Assembly: GCA_046757145.1 (NCBI GenBank)
Contig: JBHHXS010000002.1
Location: forward strand, 1-34,209
Direction: 5' to 3'
Length of the DNA: 34,209 nt
DNA from: Phycisphaerae bacterium
Lineage (GTDB): Bacteria > Planctomycetota > Phycisphaerae > UBA1845
Part shown: one piece after another, positions 9,055-17,075 of the stretch
How positions within the stretch are numbered: position 1 is the first letter of the stretch
Layout of the letters: the number at the start of each line of letters is the position of its first letter
Notes under the pieces: generated by a model
Told to the model about the DNA's origin: nothing
The model's input: the letters and a program-made list of their open reading frames with translations, nothing else
The model's database searches: none
Made by a program: the position numbers and the translations under genes

Positions 9055-9626
9055 GCCCTTATAGAACTATGTAAGTTATCCGACAGTTCCCATAGTAATT
9101 TTTCCAGATGTTGCCCATGACTTGGTTGTACATGAACAGGATGGAATTCCGTCATCCAATCGTGAACCGCGATCACTGAGCAAGGGACACGAACACATGG
9201 GACATATACGGCAAACTCCTGTGCTTTGTTGCCATTATCCAAGAGGATGAATACACGTCTTGTCCTCAGTAATGCGTTTAACTGCGCAATGCCACCCTCT
9301 TCTAGCACATCTTCAATGTGTAAGGTGCCATGACGCCACGCCTTCTTTACCGCTGGATGCAACTGTCCGATGTTATTGTCATAACTGAAAAACGGAACGC
9401 CACGCAGTTGCGCGCATAGACTTAGGAATAGACTCGTGAACCCTGTCGATGTTCCGAGTTCCACGATTAGTTCGGGGCCGGCATCTGCATCCATTGAGGC
9501 GATCAGGGCATCCAGCATAAGAATATCACCGCGCCCCATGCCGGTTTCGACGGACATCCCGAATATCGTTCGTGGTGAGTCCTTATGTAGATAAGAGGTG
9601 TACATGGTGCATCCCTCAGACTTCAT
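9033..9626 (-). CDS. CmcI/rhamnosyl-O-methyltransferase-like class I methyltransferase (197 aa)
   Basis: ELIVELGTSTGFTSLFL (motif I-like), FILLDNGNK and IAVHDW. The layout recalls the cephalosporin-hydroxylase (CmcI) methyltransferase family. Confidence 0.45.
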   Translation of the reverse strand: MKSEGCTMYTSYLHKDSPRTIFGMSVETGMGRGDILMLDALIASMDADAGPELIVELGTSTGFTSLFLSLCAQLRGVPFFSYDNNIGQLHPAVKKAWRHGTLHIEDVLEEGGIAQLNALLRTRRVFILLDNGNKAQEFAVYVPCVRVPCSVIAVHDWMTEFHPVHVQPSHGQHLEKLLWELSDNLHSSIRAWKMMRV

Positions 9627-10240
9627 GATCTGAACCAGACTCGGTTAATATCATCTGTGAAGACGCGATTATATCCGTAAGAGAATATTCTCTCGTCCGC
9701 CTGATCCGTCCATGATAGTTTGTTGATCTCACAGACTATCACTCTGGGTTTGCAATCGCGAAATGGCCAAGCATTGATGATCGAAGCATCGCTTCCCTCC
9801 GCGTCGATGGACAGCAAGTCTATGTGACTACCTGCAATGCATATAACATCACTCGGACTTAGTAATGGCACGCGTATGTGAACACATTCAGACAGACCAT
9901 GAGTAACCGCTTCCCTGTGTGCGGTTGCCTCATCGAGTGAGGAACATCCGATTGCTGGATCCTTCCAGCCGAACAGCGTCCCATGTCCACGCACGCCTGC
10001 AACAGCACACCTTACCAGAAGCACTCTCGGAAGGGTTGCATAGTGTTCCGCGAGCTTTGCGAATATCCACGGATTCGGTTCCACCATGACCCCAGACCAC
10101 CCCTCGCATGCGTACTTATACACATTGCAAGTAGGTTTTCCATTGAACTCGGTAATGCCATCATGAGCCCCAATGTCGATGAAGACGCCGTGTGACTGGC
10201 CTTCTACTCCATCACTAATTATGCTCTCCAACTGACTCAT
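9623..10240 (-). CDS. FkbM-family methyltransferase (205 aa)
   Basis: VFIDIGAHDG ... VMVEPNP ... CSSL ... IDLLSIDAEGSD is the characteristic FkbM (Methyltransf_21) pattern. 4 nt overlaps with both neighbours. Confidence 0.75.
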   Translation of the reverse strand: MSQLESIISDGVEGQSHGVFIDIGAHDGITEFNGKPTCNVYKYACEGWSGVMVEPNPWIFAKLAEHYATLPRVLLVRCAVAGVRGHGTLFGWKDPAIGCSSLDEATAHREAVTHGLSECVHIRVPLLSPSDVICIAGSHIDLLSIDAEGSDASIINAWPFRDCKPRVIVCEINKLSWTDQADERIFSYGYNRVFTDDINRVWFRS

Positions 10241-10872
10241 AATTTTCTCAGCAGAACTTGATAACCCCTTTCCTCGACACTAATGCGATCAGCAAACACA
10301 GATATGAATGCGTCAATCCCCGATTTAGGCGCTTGCAGTCCAGGCATTACGTCCCACTCATAATCATCGCAGATGATCAACCCTCCCTGCTTTGCCGCAT
10401 GGAACGCAAGAAGGCAATCATGCAAGGCGTTAGTCGCCAGATGGCTCCCGTCCACGTACACCATGTCGAATCGGTTTCCAACAACATCCGCCCTCACGTT
10501 CCATGAATCCGACTTGATAATGTGAACACGGTAGTTAAACTCACTGTGGCATTCGTGTGCTACCAGTTCGTTTCCGTCAACGTATAGGATATCATGCGGC
10601 GTTGTCAGCTCGGCAATGTTGGCACGGAAGGTTGTTTCCAGTTCCTTGACATCGATCCCAAGCGCCTTCTGGTCTTCGCCTCCATCGAAGGTATCTACCA
10701 CTGTGATAGAGGAACTTCCATGAGTCAGTACGTTCTGTAGAAGCCACACGGTGGCCTTGCCCTCAAAACAGCCGATCTCCAGAATCTCCACGTATGGCTT
10801 GCCGATGAGATGCGCCAACCATCGCTTCCAATTAGGAATGTTGCCTGAAAACCAATCGTAAGTGAACTTCAT
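10237..10872 (-). CDS. Class I SAM-dependent methyltransferase (211 aa, Methyltransf_24-like)
   Basis: DWFSGNIPNWKRWL ... ILEIGCFEGKATVWLL ... FDMVYVDGSH ... GGLIICDDY is the typical motif order of this O-methyltransferase family. Confidence 0.7.
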   Translation of the reverse strand: MKFTYDWFSGNIPNWKRWLAHLIGKPYVEILEIGCFEGKATVWLLQNVLTHGSSSITVVDTFDGGEDQKALGIDVKELETTFRANIAELTTPHDILYVDGNELVAHECHSEFNYRVHIIKSDSWNVRADVVGNRFDMVYVDGSHLATNALHDCLLAFHAAKQGGLIICDDYEWDVMPGLQAPKSGIDAFISVFADRISVEERGYQVLLRKL

Positions 10873-10878
10873 ACCATA

Positions 10879-11619
10879 TTACTCTCGATCTGAATCAGGC
10901 TGGGGTAACTCAAGTTCATGAGGTGAAAGTGGACTTAGTGCTGGATGATGCATCAAAAATGGTACTCCTTTAGGCATTGATGTATCCGTGCCTTCTGGTG
11001 CAGCATCCACTACGTCGCCCACTGTGTCCGACCGTATGCAGTTGTACATGTGATGCCGTATCCATGTCTCCTCTTCTGGTTTGCAATAGCCGTAATGGTA
11101 GATATGCGGCGTATTAAGAATCACTGTCTTTCCTCGGGCCTGAAGGCAATGTCCGTCGTCCCCTTCCCCATACAGACTTTCGTGGACCTTGCCTCGATAG
11201 CGACATCCTACGTTCAACTTGAAAAGGCGAGTTTGCTGGTCTGGGTACAGATCCGGTCTCCAATGCGTGAGCTCCTGTCCAGTCATGTTATATCGCGGAA
11301 ATGTGTATGCCAGTTTCCCTAAATTCGCCAAGAGCGCATCCATCTCCGCTTTGTAAACCATTTCGTCGGAGTCGAGCATTAACATGTAATCGCACTTCGA
11401 TTCTTCAGCAATTGTGATTACGCGATTTCGCGCGGCCGAGAAGTCGAATGCCCACTCCATCTTGTGAACGGTGACGCCGTGTTGTTCTAGCAACGCAATG
11501 GTGTTGTCTGTACTGCCAGTATCGACGGCAATCGACAGATCACACAACCTCGTTAGCAAGGGTAGTGTCTTCGACAACCACTGGCTTTCGTTCTTTACTA
11601 TCATTCCAAGCGCGTTCAT
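10879..11619 (-). CDS. Family 2 glycosyltransferase (246 aa)
   Basis: MIVKNESQWL ... AVDTGSTDNT ... DFSAARN ... DYMLMLDSDE ... HIYHYGY is a GT2 signature including the DxD-type LDSDE. The start may be the internal MIVKNE. Confidence 0.8.
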   Translation of the reverse strand: MNALGMIVKNESQWLSKTLPLLTRLCDLSIAVDTGSTDNTIALLEQHGVTVHKMEWAFDFSAARNRVITIAEESKCDYMLMLDSDEMVYKAEMDALLANLGKLAYTFPRYNMTGQELTHWRPDLYPDQQTRLFKLNVGCRYRGKVHESLYGEGDDGHCLQARGKTVILNTPHIYHYGYCKPEEETWIRHHMYNCIRSDTVGDVVDAAPEGTDTSMPKGVPFLMHHPALSPLSPHELELPQPDSDRE

Positions 11620-14284
11620 CGAATACCTTTCTCATAAGTTGTCTAGCGTGTGCGATATCAGGAGATGCCCACTGTTGGTCGGAGGTGTAAACATCGATCC
11701 ACGGCATACCGCTAACTGCCTCCATTGTGTAGTCCACATAATAAGAGTGGTCTTCACCTAAGAATTGCCTTTGGCCGCCCCAACCGGTGATAATGACTTC
11801 TCTATCATGCGCGTGAGCGTCATACGCCCCTAAACCCCACCCTTCGCTCCTGCACAGACTGATGTAACAATCCCCGAGTGAATGCAAGCCAAGGATCTCT
11901 CGCCGACTGTAATTGTCTACCAACAACACTACTCTAGCATGATCATGATAACGGTTGAGAATCTCCGCCGTCCAATCTCGGATCTGTTTTTTGTCGGTTT
12001 CAGAGTAACCAGTCCAGAACGCCTTAATTACAAATGCAACTGGTTCGTGCGACCGAAATTCGGAACAGAATGCCTGTAATGTTTCGGCTATACCTTTCCG
12101 GTGCGTCCACTGGCCGATAGTGTAGAACACATAATCACCAGAACGCACACCGGAGATATTCACATCATCTCGAAGCGGCAGGCATTCTTCAGGAGGCTGA
12201 TACGGCGACACGGTGATCGCTGTTGTCACACCGCACTCGCTGAACACGTCGGCATTCCAATGAGTGGGAACGACGATCTCATCCGGAACACTATTACAAA
12301 TCTGAACCCACCTTGGTATAATCTTGCTTGTCTCCCATATTGTTTCTCCCACAAAACGATGTGACGCACTCGATAGATGTGTGTATTTCGGCCATGTATC
12401 AGGAGTCGCTATGACTCGCAAGACGTCGTAGCGAGATGGCGGCGGCCTCTCTAATCCCTTATGAATTATATCGGTCAATGATGGGTCTTGAATTGAATCA
12501 TCGACCTTCATAGGCATCCAGAATAGATTCCATCCTTCGTTGAGTAATTCGCACATCCGGATTTTTGTGATGTGCGCGTAGCCATTCGTGCCTATCGGGC
12601 TAACCAGTACCATATCCTTGCCGCCTCGGACTTCTATCCCTGATATTACTGCCGCTTCTGATTCCGCGTGTTCTCTAACTTCTGGTTGTGGATGTTTTCG
12701 TGCTGGATTGCAACATACCGTCTTGTGAAAGGTTTCGCGAGTTAGGTCGTAAATGCCTCCTAGTCTGTTTTCACCTTCTGATGCTTTGTCATGACATGTC
12801 GTGCTTGTGTCATCGCAACCCAATGACACCAATGGCATAGGCACACTCTCAAATACGTGGTACGATTCGCACGCTCGTAACCAGATCCACAGGTCATTTC
12901 CAACTAGGAAACGCGGTCGGTAGTCGCATTCGGACGGAAGAGATGCGCCCGCTTCGATCAGCCACTTCACCAGGTCTTTCTTATTGAACACGCCGCGCAC
13001 AGGAGTAATCGTTCCAGATCCAGGCGTTGAAAGAATTAGTCTCAGTTCGTCTGTCGGCCTTGTTCCATGTGTTTTGATTTCTATGGCAAGCGTCCCTGCC
13101 ACCTGTCCTTTGCCGACCTTGTGGAATACGGCTGAGTAGAGTATGAACGGCTGATGGAGATGCGGTCCGACATACTTGAGATAGTCTTTCAATAGAAGAT
13201 CATCGTCATGCAAGATCATGACCTTTTCTGTCTGAGCGGCGCGAATGCCGGCCAACCACGCGTCATTCGACGTTACGCGCGCGCCGTTCTGGATGATCTT
13301 GGCTTTGTCAGACAAGCCTCGTAACACCTTGCGGAGCGCACCTGTCAATCCGGTTGCAGTAATGACGATGTTCTTGATCCCTGCATCGATGCAAGACGCA
13401 ACACACGCCTGAAGATGTGTCGGCCGATTGTGCGCTGTGATCACCACCGTGAACTTGTCGGCTGGATCATCGACAACAGGAGGCATCGGGAACGCTTCTG
13501 CGGCCGGAACAGACTTGGGCAATGGCACAGACTGTTCTGCCAGTTTCGGTAACGGTGCGGCTTTCTGCTCCGGTTCAACAACGGCTACTGGTTCCGGAGA
13601 TCGCACACCTGTCTTTGCTTCCCGCAAGCGCCGGATCAGAGCGCCGTCTTTGTTCCGGTGATAAATGACTGCATGTGGCGACACGCGCTGTTGGACTGAG
13701 GATTGATCCTGGAATGGAATCAAATCCCAGACATGCTGAATCAGTGGCGTTTGATGGAACTTGCCCTTGATGTGTTCCGGACGGACCATATTGTCGAAGG
13801 CATTGCTGCCGGCAGAGAAAATGTCTCGAGCTGCAACCTGCGATTCTCCAGGCCAGACGCCCGTGCCTGTCATGTGCGGCCACGGCTTTTCGGCAATGAC
13901 ACCCATGAACGGCATTTTCGACGCCAGATATTCACCTGCGATCTTGTCCAGCCAACTAGCCTTGAGCGGGATAGCGTCTGTTTCGAGCCACAGAAACGGT
14001 TCCTTACCATTCTCGAACGTCCACCGGACAGCAGTCTCGAACACGTAGTTCTGCGCGAAAGGCCAACCTTCTGGCGTTGGTTTGGCAGGTCGGATGGTGG
14101 TTACACGAGGGAAGATGCTTTCCGCAAGACGAATCACTGGCGCAGCGTCTTCGCCACTCATAGACCGATCTGTTATGAGCAGACACGAGTGTCCAGACAG
14201 TACGTCATCTAGTTCTTTGATCCACGTATACAGATCGACCGCCATCCGGATTGTCGAATGGCCGAATGCAGTAGCAACTAGCAA
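11540..14284 (-). CDS. Three-domain glycosyltransferase fusion (914 aa): N-terminal GT-A-like domain, central GT2 domain, C-terminal GT-B (GT4-like) domain
   Basis: N-terminal: GWPFAQNYVF ... FLWLETDAIPLKASWLDKI. A Pro-rich linker follows. Central: FTVVITAHNRPTHLQACVAS ... VMILHDDDLL. C-terminal: RKGIAETLQAF ... VAFVIKAF ... ISLCRSEGWGLGAYDAHAH..VIITGWGG, the GT4 EX7E-type region. TTG start preceded by AGGAAGGA. The 3' end overlaps the next ORF by 80 nt. Confidence 0.8.
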   Translation of the reverse strand: MLVATAFGHSTIRMAVDLYTWIKELDDVLSGHSCLLITDRSMSGEDAAPVIRLAESIFPRVTTIRPAKPTPEGWPFAQNYVFETAVRWTFENGKEPFLWLETDAIPLKASWLDKIAGEYLASKMPFMGVIAEKPWPHMTGTGVWPGESQVAARDIFSAGSNAFDNMVRPEHIKGKFHQTPLIQHVWDLIPFQDQSSVQQRVSPHAVIYHRNKDGALIRRLREAKTGVRSPEPVAVVEPEQKAAPLPKLAEQSVPLPKSVPAAEAFPMPPVVDDPADKFTVVITAHNRPTHLQACVASCIDAGIKNIVITATGLTGALRKVLRGLSDKAKIIQNGARVTSNDAWLAGIRAAQTEKVMILHDDDLLLKDYLKYVGPHLHQPFILYSAVFHKVGKGQVAGTLAIEIKTHGTRPTDELRLILSTPGSGTITPVRGVFNKKDLVKWLIEAGASLPSECDYRPRFLVGNDLWIWLRACESYHVFESVPMPLVSLGCDDTSTTCHDKASEGENRLGGIYDLTRETFHKTVCCNPARKHPQPEVREHAESEAAVISGIEVRGGKDMVLVSPIGTNGYAHITKIRMCELLNEGWNLFWMPMKVDDSIQDPSLTDIIHKGLERPPPSRYDVLRVIATPDTWPKYTHLSSASHRFVGETIWETSKIIPRWVQICNSVPDEIVVPTHWNADVFSECGVTTAITVSPYQPPEECLPLRDDVNISGVRSGDYVFYTIGQWTHRKGIAETLQAFCSEFRSHEPVAFVIKAFWTGYSETDKKQIRDWTAEILNRYHDHARVVLLVDNYSRREILGLHSLGDCYISLCRSEGWGLGAYDAHAHDREVIITGWGGQRQFLGEDHSYYVDYTMEAVSGMPWIDVYTSDQQWASPDIAHARQLMRKVFDERAWNDSKERKPVVVEDTTLANEVV

Positions 14285-14300
14285 TGTGGTTCCTTCCTAT

Positions 14301-16514
14301 TTATTCTGCGGTGGTTATTTTGTGCGCTGTCTCGGCATCTGCACGGGCGAGCTTGTGTTGAAGTTCGGCGTCTTTCCGGCGTTGTTCGGCTTCCATTTCC
14401 TCTCGTGCGAGTCGCGCGCGTTCTGCGGCCGTTGCGCGTTCGATATGCATGCGAGTGACCGATTCACCTGCCGTTTGCTCTACCTGTTGTTGCGCCTGGG
14501 CATCTTGGTTGATCTGACCGCGCAACTTATCTGCGGCAGTTCCGATCTCTTTGAACTGTTCCTCGAGTGCCTTGAATTCCTGCTGGCGCAGTCTGTCGGT
14601 AGAGAGCTTTTGCAGATGGATCGCGACGTTGGGTCCAGCGGCATCCACAAAGCGAATTATCTCTTGCTGATCAGCACCTTTCTCGGCGGTTTGTAGCGCC
14701 TGAGTCATGCCGATGATATGCACGGTTGCATGAATCAGATTATCTTGCAAAGGCGTCCATACGGCTTCGTTGCCAACACGGAACGACGTGTTTTCCTGCA
14801 TCGCCTCCGCCTGTTGCTCGAGTTGTTGAGGTGTCGATCCCATTTCCGGATAATAACGTTTGACTGATGCCATACCTGCCTTGTGAGCAATGATGTCTTT
14901 CTGGAGAGCGATACGTCCAGCATCCGGCCATGACAGACTTGAGGGTTCCATAGACTCCAGCATGGCCTGGCGCACAAACGGATTGCCTTGGCCTACAGCC
15001 CGTGTAGCAGTTACGCGAACGTGTGAGAACGCCTCTTCCGGAACACCTCTCGCCAGGGATCGATCCCTGAATTCCTTCGCCTGCCGTTGTCCTGGCACGT
15101 TATCGGCCAAATCAAATCGCGCCGCGCGCCTGAAGGTCTCCGCTTCATAATCGTCGCGTTGCTCGTAATACCTGGCGAATTGCGTCTTCCCAACTTGGCT
15201 TGCCTGCGCGGCTTGAATGCGATTCTCAGTTGCGGTTCGCGGAGTTCCCTCCGACCTCTCGAGTTTTTGCCGGAACTGACTGAGATTCGAACTCAACCGA
15301 AGATCCAGATGACGTGATACGGCGAGAGACCCGTCTAGCCGGCCGGTATTCTGTACCTGCACGAAGTCCATGCCGGGATCCAACACTGTGTATGGCCCGA
15401 AATGCACCATGCCGCCTTGAGCAAATGCCTTTGGCGTTGTTGCTTTGAACATCAATGCGGCAGATGCAAACGCGGTATCGACTGTCGCGTTCTCCAGCCT
15501 CATCATGGCAAGCAACATCTTGAACATCCTTACCCCGAGACCTTTGACCGAATGCGCCGTTCCGTCGCCTTTGTCGTAGAAGAACGGATTGAAACAGTTC
15601 CGCCAGTCCTTGAACCGCCTCACCTTTCTGAACAGGAACCCGCCTGGTGCGCTTTTCTTGCTGAGTACCCAGCATTCGCTTATCTCGCCGGTTTCCTCTC
15701 CGTCGAGTGGATACTCGCGGTATAACACACGTGCGACGTCGATTGTCTTCGAAGCGGAGGCGTGAGCGAGATCGTTATTTCGAAGGCGCTGCTGTTCCTT
15801 GACCCAGTCCGTGCCGGTCACATTCTCATTCTCAGACGCGGCCTGTGCAATCGCTTTCTTCAGCGTGTCCGGATTCCAACCGCGCGCCTTTGCGATCTCT
15901 TCATTGTGCATGAAGCCGTAGAGCTGCGCTGTGGTGAACGTGTGCCGGAAGATGACAAGTTCCATGTCATCGACGTTCGATGGTGCATTGCGCGGGTAGA
16001 GAACATCAACGTGGCGTGCATGCCGGCTGCGCCAGTCGAACTCGTTCATCCACACAATCGGTCCGGAGCCGTACAAGACCATGTCATGCTGCGACACCTG
16101 ATTGTGAAAGTCTCGAGTGCGATCTCGCCTGACCATCCGGTCGTATTCCTCCGTCATGATCCGGCTCCACTCGGACGCTTTCGGATCCTGCATCTCACAC
16201 TCGACCGTCGCGAACGTCTCAACTTCAGTGAACAGATCGTAGAAGCCGGTCAACGCAATCGAGAGGTACGACATTGGCTCGCCGGTATTGAAGTTCGAAC
16301 GATACCGTTGACCCTGCTTGTCGATCTCGGATTGTGTGAACGGCGGATTACCATCCACGAGCCCTTTCACGAGTGCGTTGTAATAGTCACGACGCGAACT
16401 CGCTGTGATCTCCCGACACACCATGTTCCGGACTTCATCAGGATCGGTCAATCGCGACTCCGGAACCTGGCCGTGCTCGTTGATGTCTTTGAGTGTATTC
16501 GCTGTATCTGACAT
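14301..16514 (-). CDS. Putative portal protein (737 aa) with a long Q/E/A-rich helical C-terminus
   Basis: Large ORF shortly downstream of the large terminase. The size and the C-terminal coiled-coil-like tail (QQLEQQAEAM ... AEQRRKDAELQHKLARADAE) recall P22-type portals. The call is positional. Confidence 0.7.
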   Translation of the reverse strand: MSDTANTLKDINEHGQVPESRLTDPDEVRNMVCREITASSRRDYYNALVKGLVDGNPPFTQSEIDKQGQRYRSNFNTGEPMSYLSIALTGFYDLFTEVETFATVECEMQDPKASEWSRIMTEEYDRMVRRDRTRDFHNQVSQHDMVLYGSGPIVWMNEFDWRSRHARHVDVLYPRNAPSNVDDMELVIFRHTFTTAQLYGFMHNEEIAKARGWNPDTLKKAIAQAASENENVTGTDWVKEQQRLRNNDLAHASASKTIDVARVLYREYPLDGEETGEISECWVLSKKSAPGGFLFRKVRRFKDWRNCFNPFFYDKGDGTAHSVKGLGVRMFKMLLAMMRLENATVDTAFASAALMFKATTPKAFAQGGMVHFGPYTVLDPGMDFVQVQNTGRLDGSLAVSRHLDLRLSSNLSQFRQKLERSEGTPRTATENRIQAAQASQVGKTQFARYYEQRDDYEAETFRRAARFDLADNVPGQRQAKEFRDRSLARGVPEEAFSHVRVTATRAVGQGNPFVRQAMLESMEPSSLSWPDAGRIALQKDIIAHKAGMASVKRYYPEMGSTPQQLEQQAEAMQENTSFRVGNEAVWTPLQDNLIHATVHIIGMTQALQTAEKGADQQEIIRFVDAAGPNVAIHLQKLSTDRLRQQEFKALEEQFKEIGTAADKLRGQINQDAQAQQQVEQTAGESVTRMHIERATAAERARLAREEMEAEQRRKDAELQHKLARADAETAHKITTAE

Positions 16515-16520
16515 GATGAT

Positions 16521-17030
16521 CTACCATTTGCCTTTCCGACAGGTGGCACTTGGCATAAAGAGCTTCAGTTGACCACAACCGCAAACAGCACAACGTCCAT
16601 ATCCCATCCGTGCTTCGCCGTTCCAGAACTGGCATCTAGGCCGCGATCCGTCTTCGGTGCCAGCACAGATCTCTTTCCGTTTCTTGTACAGATCCATGTC
16701 TACTTTCGCGCCATCGACAACGATCCAACGCCATACTTCTCGAGCCATTGATACCGCTTGGGCAGGGATACCAGGCGTTTCGTTGCATGGCAGACAGTAC
16801 TCGGTCGGAGCACGCTCACAAATCTGCACGTCGATCTGCGCGTCGATTTCGTCTGGTAGAGTGACGTCATTGGCCTTGTACCATCGCTTAACTTGTACGT
16901 GCAACCCCTCCCAGTTTGCAGATCTGATTGCTGTCGCATTAGGCGTTACGAAATAGAAACCGCCACTCGGAACCTTGTTACGATCCCGAATACAGAAGTC
17001 GATTGACTCAAGTCCAGCTGGCTTCGCCAT
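16521..17030 (-). CDS. Cys-rich hypothetical protein (169 aa) between the terminase and portal genes
   Basis: ORF track. C-terminal cysteine cluster CQFWNGEARMGYGRCAVCGCGQLKLFMPSATCRKGKW suggests metal binding. Confidence 0.5.
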   Translation of the reverse strand: MAKPAGLESIDFCIRDRNKVPSGGFYFVTPNATAIRSANWEGLHVQVKRWYKANDVTLPDEIDAQIDVQICERAPTEYCLPCNETPGIPAQAVSMAREVWRWIVVDGAKVDMDLYKKRKEICAGTEDGSRPRCQFWNGEARMGYGRCAVCGCGQLKLFMPSATCRKGKW

Positions 17031-17075
17031 TTATCGGCACGAAAACACAGAAGTCGCAATGTGTCAAGATGTTTG

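Noticed and set aside
14082-14696. 204 aa plus-strand ORF spanning the junction of the GT fusion and portal genes
   Set aside because: It is antisense to two well-supported minus-strand genes and has no motif.
15762-16511. 249 aa plus-strand ORF
   Set aside because: It is antisense to the portal-like gene. The sequence is Arg/Leu/Val-rich with no motif.
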